From positions 4,512 through 68,511 of the forward strand of contig JAKZRU010000058.1 in NCBI GenBank assembly GCA_047517965.1: DNA of 64,000 bases. Direction: 5' to 3'. Below the pieces are notes generated by a model, which was not told where the DNA came from, ran no database searches, and saw only the letters and a program-made list of their open reading frames with translations. The DNA is from Gammaproteobacteria bacterium (GTDB taxonomy: Bacteria; Pseudomonadota; Gammaproteobacteria; Arenicellales; JAJDZL01). The stretch's first letter is position 1. Each line of letters begins with the position of its first letter. Made by a program: the position numbers and the translations under genes. Below, piece after piece: positions 1 through 10,009 of this stretch.

Positions 1-1296
1 ACAGACAATTCGAGGGCTGTCGCGGCACGAATTATCGAGAAAGTTGTCTATGACGGTCAGCAGCTGAATCGAGCCATGGACCGCATGATGACGGGGCAGA
101 CAGAGAAACAGCGACCGTTCGTTTCCGAAATTGTCAACGGCGTCGTACGCTGGTTTTGGCGGCTGGATTGCTATGCTGAGAAGCTGCTGGAGCGACCACT
201 GCGAAGTAGTGACCGAGATGTGTACTGTCTGCTATTGGTAGGACTTTATCAGTTGGAGTTCATGCGAGTGCCACAGTATGCCAGTGTTTCTGAATCCGTA
301 AAGGCAGCTACAGTTCTCGGAAAATCTTGGGCGATTGGGCTGGTAAATGCAATTCTAAGGAAGTATTCAAGGGAACGTAATAGTTACAAAATAGAAGAAT
401 TACCGGATTCAAGTCGTTATTCACATCCAAATTGGATGATCGAACAGCTGCGTGAAGAGTGGCCGGAATACTGGTGCAGCATCTTGCAGGCCAATAACAC
501 CAAGCCGCAGTTGACTCTACGCGTCAACAGAGAAATGACAAGTGTTGCAGAATATTTAGAGCTGCTTTCCAGAGACGGTATCGTCGCGATAGCGGATTCA
601 GTAGCACCTTTCGGTATTCAACTCGAGGAAAGGATTCCCATAGCTAAATTGCCAGGCTTTAACGACGGCATGATTTCCATTCAGAATTCCGCTTCGCAAT
701 TGGTAGTTCCAGCTATGGATATTCAACCCGGCCATCGTGTGCTGGATGCCTGTGCGGCGCCAGGAGGCAAAATGATTCACATGCTGGAAACGCAGCCCGA
801 CCTGTACGAACTCGTCGCTGTGGACATCAGTGAAACCCGATGCAGTGAAATCGTAGATAATTTAGAGCGAGTGGGTAAATCGGCTACAGTGATGACAACA
901 GATGCGGGGCAACCAGATCAGTGGTGGGATCAAAAACCATTCGACCGTATTCTTTTGGACGCACCCTGTACAGCAATGGGCGTCATAAACAAGCACCCCG
1001 ATATCAAACACCACAGACGCCGGGAGGACATTGATAATGCAGTCCGCCAGCAGTGTCAACTGCTGGATGCATTATTGCCGCTGCTGCATGAAGATGGAAA
1101 ACTATTCTACACAACATGTTCCATTTTGTCGGCTGAGAACGAAGATGCAATCTTAGGTGCCACTATCCGAAACCCGAATTTCAGGTCGGAAATTCTTCCT
1201 GAATCGCTTGGACGGTCAACCGGACACGGCCGCCAGCGACTCCAAGGAGTTGATCGCAGTGATGGCTTTTTCTACGCTAGCCTGACTAGACGATGA
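1..1296 (+). CDS. rsmB: 16S rRNA (cytosine-C5)-methyltransferase RsmB/Sun; 5' end lies outside the window
   Basis: The frame is open from base 1 (TDNSRAVAARIIEKVVYDGQQL...) into the listed ORF 76..1296. It has a NusB-like N-terminal part, the SAM-binding motif VLDACAAPGGK and the catalytic motifs DRILLDAPCTAMG and TTCS. Confidence 0.9.
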   Translation, partial: TDNSRAVAARIIEKVVYDGQQLNRAMDRMMTGQTEKQRPFVSEIVNGVVRWFWRLDCYAEKLLERPLRSSDRDVYCLLLVGLYQLEFMRVPQYASVSESVKAATVLGKSWAIGLVNAILRKYSRERNSYKIEELPDSSRYSHPNWMIEQLREEWPEYWCSILQANNTKPQLTLRVNREMTSVAEYLELLSRDGIVAIADSVAPFGIQLEERIPIAKLPGFNDGMISIQNSASQLVVPAMDIQPGHRVLDACAAPGGKMIHMLETQPDLYELVAVDISETRCSEIVDNLERVGKSATVMTTDAGQPDQWWDQKPFDRILLDAPCTAMGVINKHPDIKHHRRREDIDNAVRQQCQLLDALLPLLHEDGKLFYTTCSILSAENEDAILGATIRNPNFRSEILPESLGRSTGHGRQRLQGVDRSDGFFYASLTRR

Positions 1297-1889
1297 AACC
1301 GGTAACAACAATGAGGCAGATGTCGGACATTCGTAAGAAGGCATCTGCAGCAACACTAGCTCTGCTACTGGTTACAGGATCGTATTCAACCGCTTTGTTC
1401 GGATTCTATATTTCCGAAACTAGCGCTCGTTGGGAAGACAGCGCCATACAGGCTACTGTCAATACTGACATCGAATTGTCGCAGGATGTGATCGACGCAA
1501 TCACAATCGAAAACTTTACAATCACGATCACAACTCACCTAATTATTTATCGTGAGCGGAAATTTTACTGGGACGATCTGATTGTTGAGTTTGAAATTGA
1601 TGATGCCATCAGCTATAGAAATACCTATCACACTTATCAGGTAACTTCATCGGATGAACGGGTAAGTGGAACATACAAGACTCTTGAAAACGCGTTGAAA
1701 GCGCTTGGAAAAACACGAGTGTTCGAGATTGCAGTAGCGAAAGAAGTACTGACCGAAGGAGGATCCTATCGCGGAAAGTGTAAGGTGTTTCTCCGACATT
1801 CGAAACTGCACTCATTACTAAGAAAGCGTGTTTTCTTTAAAAAGTCCTGGCGACTTGGAAGTAGCTGGAAACAGTTCAACCTGCAGTGA
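1293..1889 (+). CDS. DUF4390-like exported protein of unknown function
   Basis: It has an ATGA start/stop overlap with rsmB and an N-terminal hydrophobic signal-like segment (ATLALLLVTGSYSTALFG). From memory, this position between rsmB and a sensor kinase is typical of DUF4390 genes. The family assignment was not verified. Confidence 0.5.
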   Translation: MKPVTTMRQMSDIRKKASAATLALLLVTGSYSTALFGFYISETSARWEDSAIQATVNTDIELSQDVIDAITIENFTITITTHLIIYRERKFYWDDLIVEFEIDDAISYRNTYHTYQVTSSDERVSGTYKTLENALKALGKTRVFEIAVAKEVLTEGGSYRGKCKVFLRHSKLHSLLRKRVFFKKSWRLGSSWKQFNLQ

Positions 1890-4288
1890 GTACCCTTTCA
1901 ATCAATCGATCCAAGCTCGTTACGTTCACCTGGACGCTGATTCTGTTGACGCTCATAACGATGATTCTGGTCGGTGTGGCTATAAGCACTTTATGGCCCG
2001 ATTACTTTGCTGAACGTTCCGCTGAGTTGCTGATACTGAACTTGATTTGCATCTCCGTTCTCGGTCTACTGATTGTCATGTACTTGGTGCGTCTGTTCAA
2101 ACAGCAGCGCCAGGGAGTACCCGGCACTCGACTGGCAGTAAGGATTCTTCGAGTTTTTGCCATGCTCATTCTGTCGTCCTTGAGTTTCGTGTACATTTTT
2201 TCTTTTTTGTCGATCAACCAGGGAATTGATAGCTGGTTTGATCCTCAAATGGACGATGCCTTGGAAGAGGCGAAGCAACTGAGAGGTGTGTTCATTGATT
2301 CATTGGAATCCAAGCTGGTATCTGACCTCGAGGGTGTTATTGAAGAGTTAAAAGAAATTTCTGCGGATGCCAAATTGGATATAAATCGTAAAAAAATCAG
2401 CGATATTCTGCTTAATGCACGAGTTGCTGGAAATTATGAGGAAATCACATACTTCATAGGTGCACCTACTCTGACAGGATTTATCGCTTCAAGCGGATTA
2501 CAGACTGACTCACTGGTACTAGCCCCTCAGAAACCAGGTGAGAAGTCGCCTCAACTGGCTCTATCCGACGCCAATGGTAAAACCGCTGTCGGGTCACAGA
2601 GCGAGCTAGCCTCTGAGAAACCTAACAATCAGGTTCCTTTCCTTTCGAGTTCTGGCGCGGTCGGAATTCAGTTTGACTCAGCAGCTCAGCAATTCGGTAC
2701 GGTAAGTCAGCAATCTAGGAAAAATTTGTTACAACATACCCTATCCGGTTCTGATGATGCCCCGGTTGGTGAAATTCTCGAGATCAACAATCGAGGGCAT
2801 CTGAAAATGTTGCTTCCATTTTCGATTACTGGCGAAATTGGTACAGTAAAGCACTACCTGCAGGTGGTGACGAGACTTCACCAAAGCTCCGAACGCCTGG
2901 CAGAGAAGATAGGGTCGATAGACGCAAGATACAGAAGACTTGGCAGCTTGCGCTCGCCGTTAAAATACAGCCTTGCCCTTACACTCACATTTGTCACGCT
3001 GATTGCATTACAACTCGCTATCTGGGCTGCGATCAAGTTGACTCAGCGACTGGTCAATCCAATTCAAGTATTGTCTGAAGGCACCCGGGAGGTGGCCAAA
3101 GGAAATTATGAACAGTCGTTACCGGTTACAACCCGTGACGAATTCGGTGTGCTGGTCGAATCATTTAATGATATGACCAAGAAAATCAAGTCATCACAAG
3201 AGCAGCTTCGAAAGAGTCGGGCGATTGCTGAAGAACAACGTTCTTACCTTGAGATTGTATGGCAGCATTTATCGTCGGGTGTTCTGTTCATTGATCAAGA
3301 CTCATTTCTAACGAACATCAATTTGGCTGCTGAATACATCCTTGGAGTCGATGCAGATTCAGTAAAAGGCAGATCTTTGGATGACATCATCCAGCACAAT
3401 GAGAATCTTGCACCACTATTTTCTCCAATTCGGGATGGTACGGCAAACAAGCAATTGGAATGGAACGACACGGCTTCGCTTGGTACGAAAAAGGGTCAAC
3501 AAATTCTTGCCTATAGTGCTACCCAGCTTCCGGCGAGCGATGCAGTTTCAGGAAGTTATGTGGTTGTTGTTGAGGACATCACCAGTCTCGTTGAAGCACA
3601 GCGAGCTGTGGCCTGGAGAGAAGTTGCGAGACGGGTGGCTCACGAGCTTCTGAATCCTCTGCAGCCAATCCACCTGGCAGTGGATCGGATCAAGAGAAAA
3701 GCTGTTATGCCAAGCGAAGATAAGGAATCTCTCGAACTCACTTTCGACTCCATATACAGACAGTTGGGATCAATGCAGCGGCTCGTCAACGATTTTCGAG
3801 ATTATGAAAAATTGAAGGATCCGCGTCCCAGTAAAATCGACCTCAACAAACTCATAAGAGAGGTAGTGGTTCCATACACTGAGGGTGAGCAGTCAAATGG
3901 TGTCATTCTGCAACTTGACCCTGAACTGAAAGAATTCAGCGCCGATACGAATCAGTTGGTACAGGTTTTGAACAACCTGCTGATCAATGCGAGAGATGCG
4001 GTATACAATTCAGAAAATCCGGTTGTTACGATTCATACCAAACAAGTTGAACCGGATACTATTCAGTTGCGATTTGTCGACAATGGTCCCGGTTTCGATA
4101 CGGAGTTACTCGATTGGGTTTTTGAACCCTACGCGACCAACAAGGAACACGGAACAGGGCTCGGACTGGGAATTGTCAAACGGATAGTCGAGGGCCATGG
4201 TGGAAAAATTTCTGCAAGAAATCACTCTGATGGAGGAGCCGAAATTACCATAGAATTTGACACCCGTTTCACCGCTGTTCATATTTAA
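1886..4288 (+). CDS. NtrY-like membrane sensor histidine kinase (TM segments, large periplasmic region, HAMP, PAS, HisKA, HATPase)
   Basis: The GTG start overlaps the upstream stop. There are several N-terminal TM helices, a HAMP-like segment (RLVNPIQVLSEGTREVAKGNYEQ...DEFGVLVESFNDM), an H-box (VAHELLNPLQPI), an N-box (LNNLLINARDA) and G-boxes (DNGPGF, GTGLGLGIV). Confidence 0.85.
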   Translation: MSTLSINRSKLVTFTWTLILLTLITMILVGVAISTLWPDYFAERSAELLILNLICISVLGLLIVMYLVRLFKQQRQGVPGTRLAVRILRVFAMLILSSLSFVYIFSFLSINQGIDSWFDPQMDDALEEAKQLRGVFIDSLESKLVSDLEGVIEELKEISADAKLDINRKKISDILLNARVAGNYEEITYFIGAPTLTGFIASSGLQTDSLVLAPQKPGEKSPQLALSDANGKTAVGSQSELASEKPNNQVPFLSSSGAVGIQFDSAAQQFGTVSQQSRKNLLQHTLSGSDDAPVGEILEINNRGHLKMLLPFSITGEIGTVKHYLQVVTRLHQSSERLAEKIGSIDARYRRLGSLRSPLKYSLALTLTFVTLIALQLAIWAAIKLTQRLVNPIQVLSEGTREVAKGNYEQSLPVTTRDEFGVLVESFNDMTKKIKSSQEQLRKSRAIAEEQRSYLEIVWQHLSSGVLFIDQDSFLTNINLAAEYILGVDADSVKGRSLDDIIQHNENLAPLFSPIRDGTANKQLEWNDTASLGTKKGQQILAYSATQLPASDAVSGSYVVVVEDITSLVEAQRAVAWREVARRVAHELLNPLQPIHLAVDRIKRKAVMPSEDKESLELTFDSIYRQLGSMQRLVNDFRDYEKLKDPRPSKIDLNKLIREVVVPYTEGEQSNGVILQLDPELKEFSADTNQLVQVLNNLLINARDAVYNSENPVVTIHTKQVEPDTIQLRFVDNGPGFDTELLDWVFEPYATNKEHGTGLGLGIVKRIVEGHGGKISARNHSDGGAEITIEFDTRFTAVHI

Positions 4289-4325
4289 CATACAAATTGC
4301 GTAAGTAATAAGAGGAAGTGGAAAA

Positions 4326-5699
4326 TTGGCAATTGAAAGAAAACGAGTCCTGGTAGTAGATGACGAACCCGATGTTCGTCTGTTACTCGGACAAGTTCTT
4401 ACTGACTTTGGTTATGTGGTAACCGAGGCACATGATGCCTCAGCCGCCCGTACCGCCGTGCGGCTGGAACAGTTTGATGCCATTTTGCTGGATGTATGGA
4501 TGCCCGGCGACGACGGCATCACACTTCTCAAACAGTGGAAAGAAGCGAATATGCAAACTCCGGTGGTTATGCTGTCAGCCCATGGTTCGATTGAAATCGC
4601 AATTGAGGCAACTCGATACGGAGCGTATGATTATCTGGAAAAGCCGGTTGGCGCTGGACGGCTTGAAATTACCATGCGAAATGCAGTCAGCAAAATGGCG
4701 CGTCGAGTGGTTACTACCGACAGTGAACTCAACCCATTGGTGAAAACGAAATTAATCGGTTCAAGTGTCACGATGAAATTTCTGCGTCGCCAGATCAAGG
4801 ATGTTGCTGCAACCAAGGCAAATGTTCTGATTGTTGGCGAGCCAGGCACCGGCAAAAGTACTCTTGCGCGGATGATTCATGAAGCGAGCGGGAATTCCGA
4901 TGCTCCGTTGATCGTGCTCGACTGGGTAGCTGGCGAAGGTATGGGCACACCGGTATCAGAATTGCTTGATGCAGTGAAAAATGGAACTTTGCTGATTCGC
5001 GACCTTCAAGTCTATGATGGATTCAATCAGGGTCGTATTTTGGGATTGCTGAACAAAATTTCGAGCGAATATTCAGATGCAGGTGAATCAACAAAGCCAC
5101 GAGTCATTGCAACCGCGTCCCCAACCATCAAGACGAAGTTGGAAAGCGGGCAGTTGACACCAGAGTTGTATTATCGCCTGAGCAATCTGACAATTGAGGT
5201 GCCGGCACTACGTGAGCACCCGGAAGACATTCCTGAATTAGTCGGCTACATGTCGGATCAGTTCAATCAGAAGGAGAACATTCAGTACAAGCGCGTATCG
5301 ACTGCGGCACTCAACAGCCTGCGTAACCATGAGTGGCCAGGAAATGTACAGGAGCTCAAAAGTGTGCTTCTACGAGCGATACTGATGAGGCACGACGAGA
5401 CGATTACCAATACCGATATTGAGTCTCTACTGGAGCATGTCTACATAGTGAATACGGACAACGATTCTGAAATCGAAAACGGTGCGTTCTGGTATTCACT
5501 TTCTTTGCGAGATGCTAAAGATCAATTCGAGCGGGATTATTTGATTCACAATCTAAAGCAGTGCAACACTTATACGGAAACTGCAAAATCATGTGGTCTT
5601 CACCGGTCGAGTCTGTTCCGCAAAATCAGGGAACATGGAATAAAAATTGTTCCAGGAGGCAACTTTGAGGGCAATGAAGCGAACGAGGAATCTGAATGA
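4326..5699 (+). CDS. NtrX-like response regulator: receiver + degenerate AAA+ module + Fis-type HTH
   Basis: A TTG start lies about 8 nt after the AGGAAG SD. It has a receiver domain (VLVVDDEPD...ILLDVWMPGDDG), Walker A (GEPGTGKS), WPGNVQEL and a C-terminal HTH (TETAKSCGLHRSSLFRKIREHGI). No GAFTGA loop is present and the Walker B is LLIRDL. Confidence 0.85.
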   Translation: MAIERKRVLVVDDEPDVRLLLGQVLTDFGYVVTEAHDASAARTAVRLEQFDAILLDVWMPGDDGITLLKQWKEANMQTPVVMLSAHGSIEIAIEATRYGAYDYLEKPVGAGRLEITMRNAVSKMARRVVTTDSELNPLVKTKLIGSSVTMKFLRRQIKDVAATKANVLIVGEPGTGKSTLARMIHEASGNSDAPLIVLDWVAGEGMGTPVSELLDAVKNGTLLIRDLQVYDGFNQGRILGLLNKISSEYSDAGESTKPRVIATASPTIKTKLESGQLTPELYYRLSNLTIEVPALREHPEDIPELVGYMSDQFNQKENIQYKRVSTAALNSLRNHEWPGNVQELKSVLLRAILMRHDETITNTDIESLLEHVYIVNTDNDSEIENGAFWYSLSLRDAKDQFERDYLIHNLKQCNTYTETAKSCGLHRSSLFRKIREHGIKIVPGGNFEGNEANEESE

Positions 5700-7108
5700 C
5701 AAGAATTGTTATTTTTGGTGCAGGACAAGTTGGTTACAGTGTTGCAGAGGCCCTGTCAGACGAAGAAAATGACGTAACTCTCATTGATCGGGACGAATTT
5801 GTGCTGAGTCAGAAGGTGCAACACCTGGATATCAAGACGATTCACGGAAATGCGACCGACCCCAATACGCTGGATGCTGCTGATATCGAAGATGCGGAAT
5901 TGGTTCTGGCTGTTACCGATCAGGACGATACCAACATTCTGGTCTGCCAGTTGGCATACATGCTGGGCAACACCCCCCAACTAATCGCTCGACTGCGAAA
6001 TCCTGAATTTCACAAGCGCAAGGACCTGTTGTTCGGCCGCCTCGAACCTCACAAGATTCCGATTGATACGATCATTAGTCCGGAAAAGCTGGTAACGGAT
6101 CAGATAATGCGGTTGGTGAGACAGCCCGGCGCACTTCAGATAGTTGAGTTTGCCAAAGGAAAGATTCAGTTGGTTGCGATTCGAGCAGATCAGGGTGGAA
6201 AGCTCGTTGGACACAAAATCAAGGAACTGCGGGAGCATATGCCAAATGTCGACTCTCGAGTTGCAGCGATTTACCGCCACGACCGTCCCATCATCCCGCA
6301 GGGCGATACCGTTATCGAGCCGAAAGACGAAGTGTTTTTCATTGCTGCTCCGGAACATATTGCCGACATGATGACTGAGCTTCGAACGGTCGATGCATCT
6401 TATGGAAAGAGAGTGATGCTGGTCGGTGCAGGAAATATCGGCGTGCGGCTGGCGCGCGAGATGAGCGAGATGAAATCGGGCGGTTTCCGGGTGAAACTGA
6501 TTGAAAAAAACAAGGAACGCGCGCAAAAGGTCGCACATGAATTGCTAGACACCGTCGTCATTCATGGCGACGCTGCAGATCAGGATTTGATGCTGCGAGG
6601 AAATATAGAGAACACCGAAGTATTCTGTTCAGTGTCGAACGAAGATGAAGTGAACATTCTCTCAGCCATGATGGCAAAAAGGCTTGGTGCGAAACGTACG
6701 ATGGCGTTGATCAATAATCCAGCGTATGCTGAGCTGCTCGAAAATACCGGTATCGATATTGTGATTTCACCCAACTTGAATACGATCAGTGAACTGCTGA
6801 GATACATTCGAAAAGGTGGAACCGTTGCGGTGCACTCACTACGTCGAGGGGCTGCCGAAGCCATTGAGACTGTTGCTTACGGTTCTTCAAAGAGCGATTC
6901 AAAGGTTGTTGGTCGTTCGATCGGCGAGTTGAATTTGCCAAGTGGCACCACCGTCGGGGCGATTCTTCGGGACGATCAGGTGTTGATTGCTCATAGCGAC
7001 ATTGTGATTGAAGACAAGGACCACGTCATTCTGTTTGTAGTGGACAAAGGAGGCAAACAGATCGAGAGCGTTCAGAAACTGTTTCAACCGAGCCCGCTCT
7101 ACATGTAA
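5696..7108 (+). CDS. trkA: Trk potassium uptake system NAD-binding subunit TrkA
   Basis: ATGA overlap with the regulator gene. It has two Rossmann motifs (IFGAGQVGYSVA and LVGAGNIGVRLA) and a duplicated TrkA-N/TrkA-C layout. trkH follows. Confidence 0.9.
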   Translation: MTRIVIFGAGQVGYSVAEALSDEENDVTLIDRDEFVLSQKVQHLDIKTIHGNATDPNTLDAADIEDAELVLAVTDQDDTNILVCQLAYMLGNTPQLIARLRNPEFHKRKDLLFGRLEPHKIPIDTIISPEKLVTDQIMRLVRQPGALQIVEFAKGKIQLVAIRADQGGKLVGHKIKELREHMPNVDSRVAAIYRHDRPIIPQGDTVIEPKDEVFFIAAPEHIADMMTELRTVDASYGKRVMLVGAGNIGVRLAREMSEMKSGGFRVKLIEKNKERAQKVAHELLDTVVIHGDAADQDLMLRGNIENTEVFCSVSNEDEVNILSAMMAKRLGAKRTMALINNPAYAELLENTGIDIVISPNLNTISELLRYIRKGGTVAVHSLRRGAAEAIETVAYGSSKSDSKVVGRSIGELNLPSGTTVGAILRDDQVLIAHSDIVIEDKDHVILFVVDKGGKQIESVQKLFQPSPLYM

Positions 7109-7158
7109 TTCGAACGCGGAATTTACCGTTCGTTTCCAACGCGCCGATATCGCAAACC

Positions 7159-8622
7159 ATGCATTACAAAGCAGTATTCAAGGTTGTCGGCATACTATTT
7201 GCAATGTTCAGCATTTCTTTGCTGCCGCCTCTTGCGATTTCCTTTTTTTCTTCGCATCCTAGTGATGACACATTTCCGGCATTTCTAATTTCATTTATCG
7301 CCATTCTTGCGACTGGCATTGCTATCTGGTTTCCAGTACGAAAGAATCGGGAGCAACTGGGTCCGCGGGAAGGATTTCTTACGGTGGCAGCGTTCTGGTT
7401 TTCACTTGTTACCATTGGGACTTTGCCGTTTCTCTTATCACAGAACCTGGAAATTAATTTTACGGATGCATTTTTTGAATCAATGTCCGGTCTCACTACG
7501 ACTGGTGCGACGGTACTGACTGGAATCGACGATTGGCCGAAATCGATCTTGTACTACAGACAGCAGTTGCAGTGGCTGGGTGGTATGGGAATTATTGTTC
7601 TGGCGGTTGCAGTCATTCCAATGCTGGGCATTGGAGGCATGCAGCTTTATCTAGCGGAAATGCCCGGCGCGATGAAAAACACGAAACTAACCCCTCGTAT
7701 CAAAGAGACCGCGAAGGCTTTGTGGTATATCTATCTGGGACTAACGATCATCTGTGCTCTGGCCTACAAGCTCGCGGGGATGTCGCTGTTTGACGCAGTG
7801 ACTCACAGTTTCTCGACCATAGCGATCGGTGGGTTCTCCACTCATGATGCAAGCTTTGCTTACTTTGAACAAGACTTGGTCTTGTATATAGCAATTGTGT
7901 TCATGATTCTTGCCGGAGTTAATTTTGCGCTGCACTTCAGGGTCTTGCACAAGCTGCATGTCAGAGACTATTTTCAGAACACTGAACTGAGAGTCTATCT
8001 ATGGATTCTGCTGGTTACTGCGATCATCGTTTGTACGGTACTGCTTCTGTTCTACGACAAATTGGGAGGGCCTTCGGAGACTATCAAGCATGGCATCTTC
8101 CAGGTCGTTTCAATTGCCACAACATCTGGATTCACGACTCATGACTTTTCTAAATGGCCACTCTTTGTTCCGGCTATGCTGCTTGCAGCGAGCATTATCG
8201 GAGGGTGTACCGGGTCAACTGCCGGAGGGGTGAAAGTTGTGCGCGTTGTGTTGCTGTTCAAGCAGGGGCGCCGTGAAATACTACAACTGATCAATCCAGA
8301 TGCCATCATTCCGATTAGATTGAACGCCGACCCTGTACATGAACGAGTGATTCATTCGGTTTGGGGATTTTTTGCATTGTATATCGTCAGTTTTGTGGTT
8401 CTTGCACTGATATTACAAGCGACAGGTCTCGATATGCAAACAGCTTTTTCGACGGTTACCGCCTGTTTGAACAATCTTGGGCCTGCATTGGGAGCTGCCT
8501 CTGAAGGATACTCTACACTTTCATCTGCATCGAAATGGGTGCTCGCCTTTACGATGCTGCTCGGGCGACTAGAACTACTGACTCTACTGATACTGCTTAC
8601 ACCTCGTTACTGGAGAGATTAA
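7159..8622 (+). CDS. trkH: Trk potassium uptake system membrane subunit TrkH
   Basis: A 487-aa polytopic membrane protein with typical TrkH motifs (ESMSGLTTTGATV, SGFTTHD, GGCTGSTAGGVKV). It lies immediately downstream of trkA. Confidence 0.9.
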   Translation: MHYKAVFKVVGILFAMFSISLLPPLAISFFSSHPSDDTFPAFLISFIAILATGIAIWFPVRKNREQLGPREGFLTVAAFWFSLVTIGTLPFLLSQNLEINFTDAFFESMSGLTTTGATVLTGIDDWPKSILYYRQQLQWLGGMGIIVLAVAVIPMLGIGGMQLYLAEMPGAMKNTKLTPRIKETAKALWYIYLGLTIICALAYKLAGMSLFDAVTHSFSTIAIGGFSTHDASFAYFEQDLVLYIAIVFMILAGVNFALHFRVLHKLHVRDYFQNTELRVYLWILLVTAIIVCTVLLLFYDKLGGPSETIKHGIFQVVSIATTSGFTTHDFSKWPLFVPAMLLAASIIGGCTGSTAGGVKVVRVVLLFKQGRREILQLINPDAIIPIRLNADPVHERVIHSVWGFFALYIVSFVVLALILQATGLDMQTAFSTVTACLNNLGPALGAASEGYSTLSSASKWVLAFTMLLGRLELLTLLILLTPRYWRD

Positions 8623-8903
8623 CATCGAAATTTCAGGAGGCACCGAGTCAGCCTACTACAGTTTCACCAGTGCAGAATTTATTTGGCAAAAGTGAATATT
8701 CAGTACAAATTCAACAGTTGAATTAAATTCAGTTTTGCAGACGTAATCCCGCCACTCGTTCAAACTCTTTGAAAGTAGGCGAGTGTCGAATCCCTAGTGA
8801 GTTCGTTGGTGACGAACGAATTATGATTAGACAACTTGACCATAGTTGATTCCTTCCTCTTCAAGAGAAGCAAATGAAATACGTACCACTTCGATTGAAA
8901 AAT

Positions 8904-8932
8904 TTGACAATCAATTAATTATTGACTAACAT
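8904..8932 (+). promoter_or_regulatory. Candidate sigma70-type promoter/operator of the phd-vapC operon
   Basis: TTGACA (8904-8909), a 17-nt spacer and TAACAT (8927-8932) lie about 40 nt upstream of the antitoxin start. A second TTGAC sits at 8922-8926 and could serve as an operator half-site. Confidence 0.35.
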
Positions 8933-8971
8933 TTATGACCAACAAGTAACTTTGTAAATAGACAGATTGAT

Positions 8972-9214
8972 ATGAAAATATACAATGTAAATCAGGCTAA
9001 AACGCATCTTTCAAATATTTTGCATCAGGTTGAGTCGGGGGATGACGTTGTTGTTGCTCGCTACAATCAACCGGTAGCACGAATTATTCCGTACCAAGGC
9101 AAAGAAACCAAACGACAATTCGGGTCGTTAAAGGACGTATTTACGTTTGATGATTCTTTTTTCGAGCAACTTCCTGATAGTGAACTATCTGCATGGGGAA
9201 TTGAAGAAAAGTGA
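8972..9214 (+). CDS. Type II antitoxin, Phd/YefM family
   Basis: 80 aa. The N-terminus (MKIYNVNQAKTHLSNILHQVESGDDVVVARYNQPVARIIPY) is typical of Phd/YefM. The stop overlaps the toxin start (GTGA). Confidence 0.8.
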   Translation: MKIYNVNQAKTHLSNILHQVESGDDVVVARYNQPVARIIPYQGKETKRQFGSLKDVFTFDDSFFEQLPDSELSAWGIEEK

Positions 9215-9597
9215 ACTATCTGCTTGATACGCACGCGTATCTCTGGTGGCTTTCTGGTGACAAGAGGTTGCCAAAAGCCGTTCGGTTAGAGATTTGTAAC
9301 AATAAGGATGATGTTTGTGTCAGTGCGGCATCAATATGGGAGATAGCTACTAAATATCGCATTGGTAAACTTCCATCTGCCAAAGGAATAATTTCGGACA
9401 TAGTTCGATTTATCCCACTCCAAGGATTTAAACCACTATCAATATCGGTTGAAGATAGCTTGCGAGCTGGATTACTCACAAGTAACCATAGAGACCCATT
9501 TGACAGGATGCTAATTGCTCAAGCACAGAATCGGAATTTAGTCCTTGTCTCAAACGAAAAATATTTTCAGCAGTTTGACGTTCGACTTCTCTGGTAA
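9211..9597 (+). CDS. vapC: Type II toxin, PIN-domain VapC family
   Basis: 128 aa. The PIN acidic residues sit in LLDTHAYLW, SIWEIA and HRDPFDRMLIAQA. It is translationally coupled to the antitoxin. Confidence 0.85.
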   Translation: MNYLLDTHAYLWWLSGDKRLPKAVRLEICNNKDDVCVSAASIWEIATKYRIGKLPSAKGIISDIVRFIPLQGFKPLSISVEDSLRAGLLTSNHRDPFDRMLIAQAQNRNLVLVSNEKYFQQFDVRLLW

Positions 9598-10009
9598 TTC
9601 AACGCAACTCAAAAATGGACTACAAAATGCTCCTAGAGTGTCTGGTTGATGCTCCAAATGCATGGTAACGACATCAGAGTGTTGCAGGTATTTTTCGAAA
9701 ACTTCATTGTAGTGCTACTGTGGAAATTCCGCGCAATACTGAGTTCACACCGTACTCGCCATTCTGCCGAACATGATGCCTCGCTTGCCCTGTGAACTGA
9801 ACCCATACCAAAAAATCTCCTGACACTCGGATTACCGTAAATGGTAGTCAGGAAAAGAAATTAAGGTGTTTCTGTGACGACTCGAGAAGCTCTAGTCGGT
9901 CTTTACCGGTTTCTGACTCATTCAATCTGCTTGTCTGCATAAGATAAATTGATCGCAGAAGCGTCGAATCTATACCGAATATCTACAAATTGAAGGTTCT
10001 ACATCCTCT

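Noticed and set aside
5981-6538. 185-aa ORF on the minus strand inside trkA. Similar antisense ORFs occur at 35848-36360, 39453-39980, 50767-51279, 27934-28395, 29237-29773 and 54265-54708.
   Set aside because: Every one is fully embedded antisense in a gene with strong motif support. None has a recognisable domain or a sensible start context. I treat them as shadow ORFs.
8719-8731. ARG-box-like palindrome TGAATTAAATTCA downstream of trkH
   Set aside because: The half-site spacing is one nt shorter than the ArgR consensus (TGAAT-WWWW-ATTCA). It is a single box, not a tandem pair, and it lies about 6 kb from argG, so it is not upstream of any arginine gene.
8741-8830. tRNA-like TCGAATCC string and hairpin (TTCGTT-ggtgac-gAACGAA) in the trkH-phd spacer, considered as a tRNA fragment or att site
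   Set aside because: No cloverleaf can be drawn: the T-arm stems do not pair. No second copy was found on the other side of the TA module.
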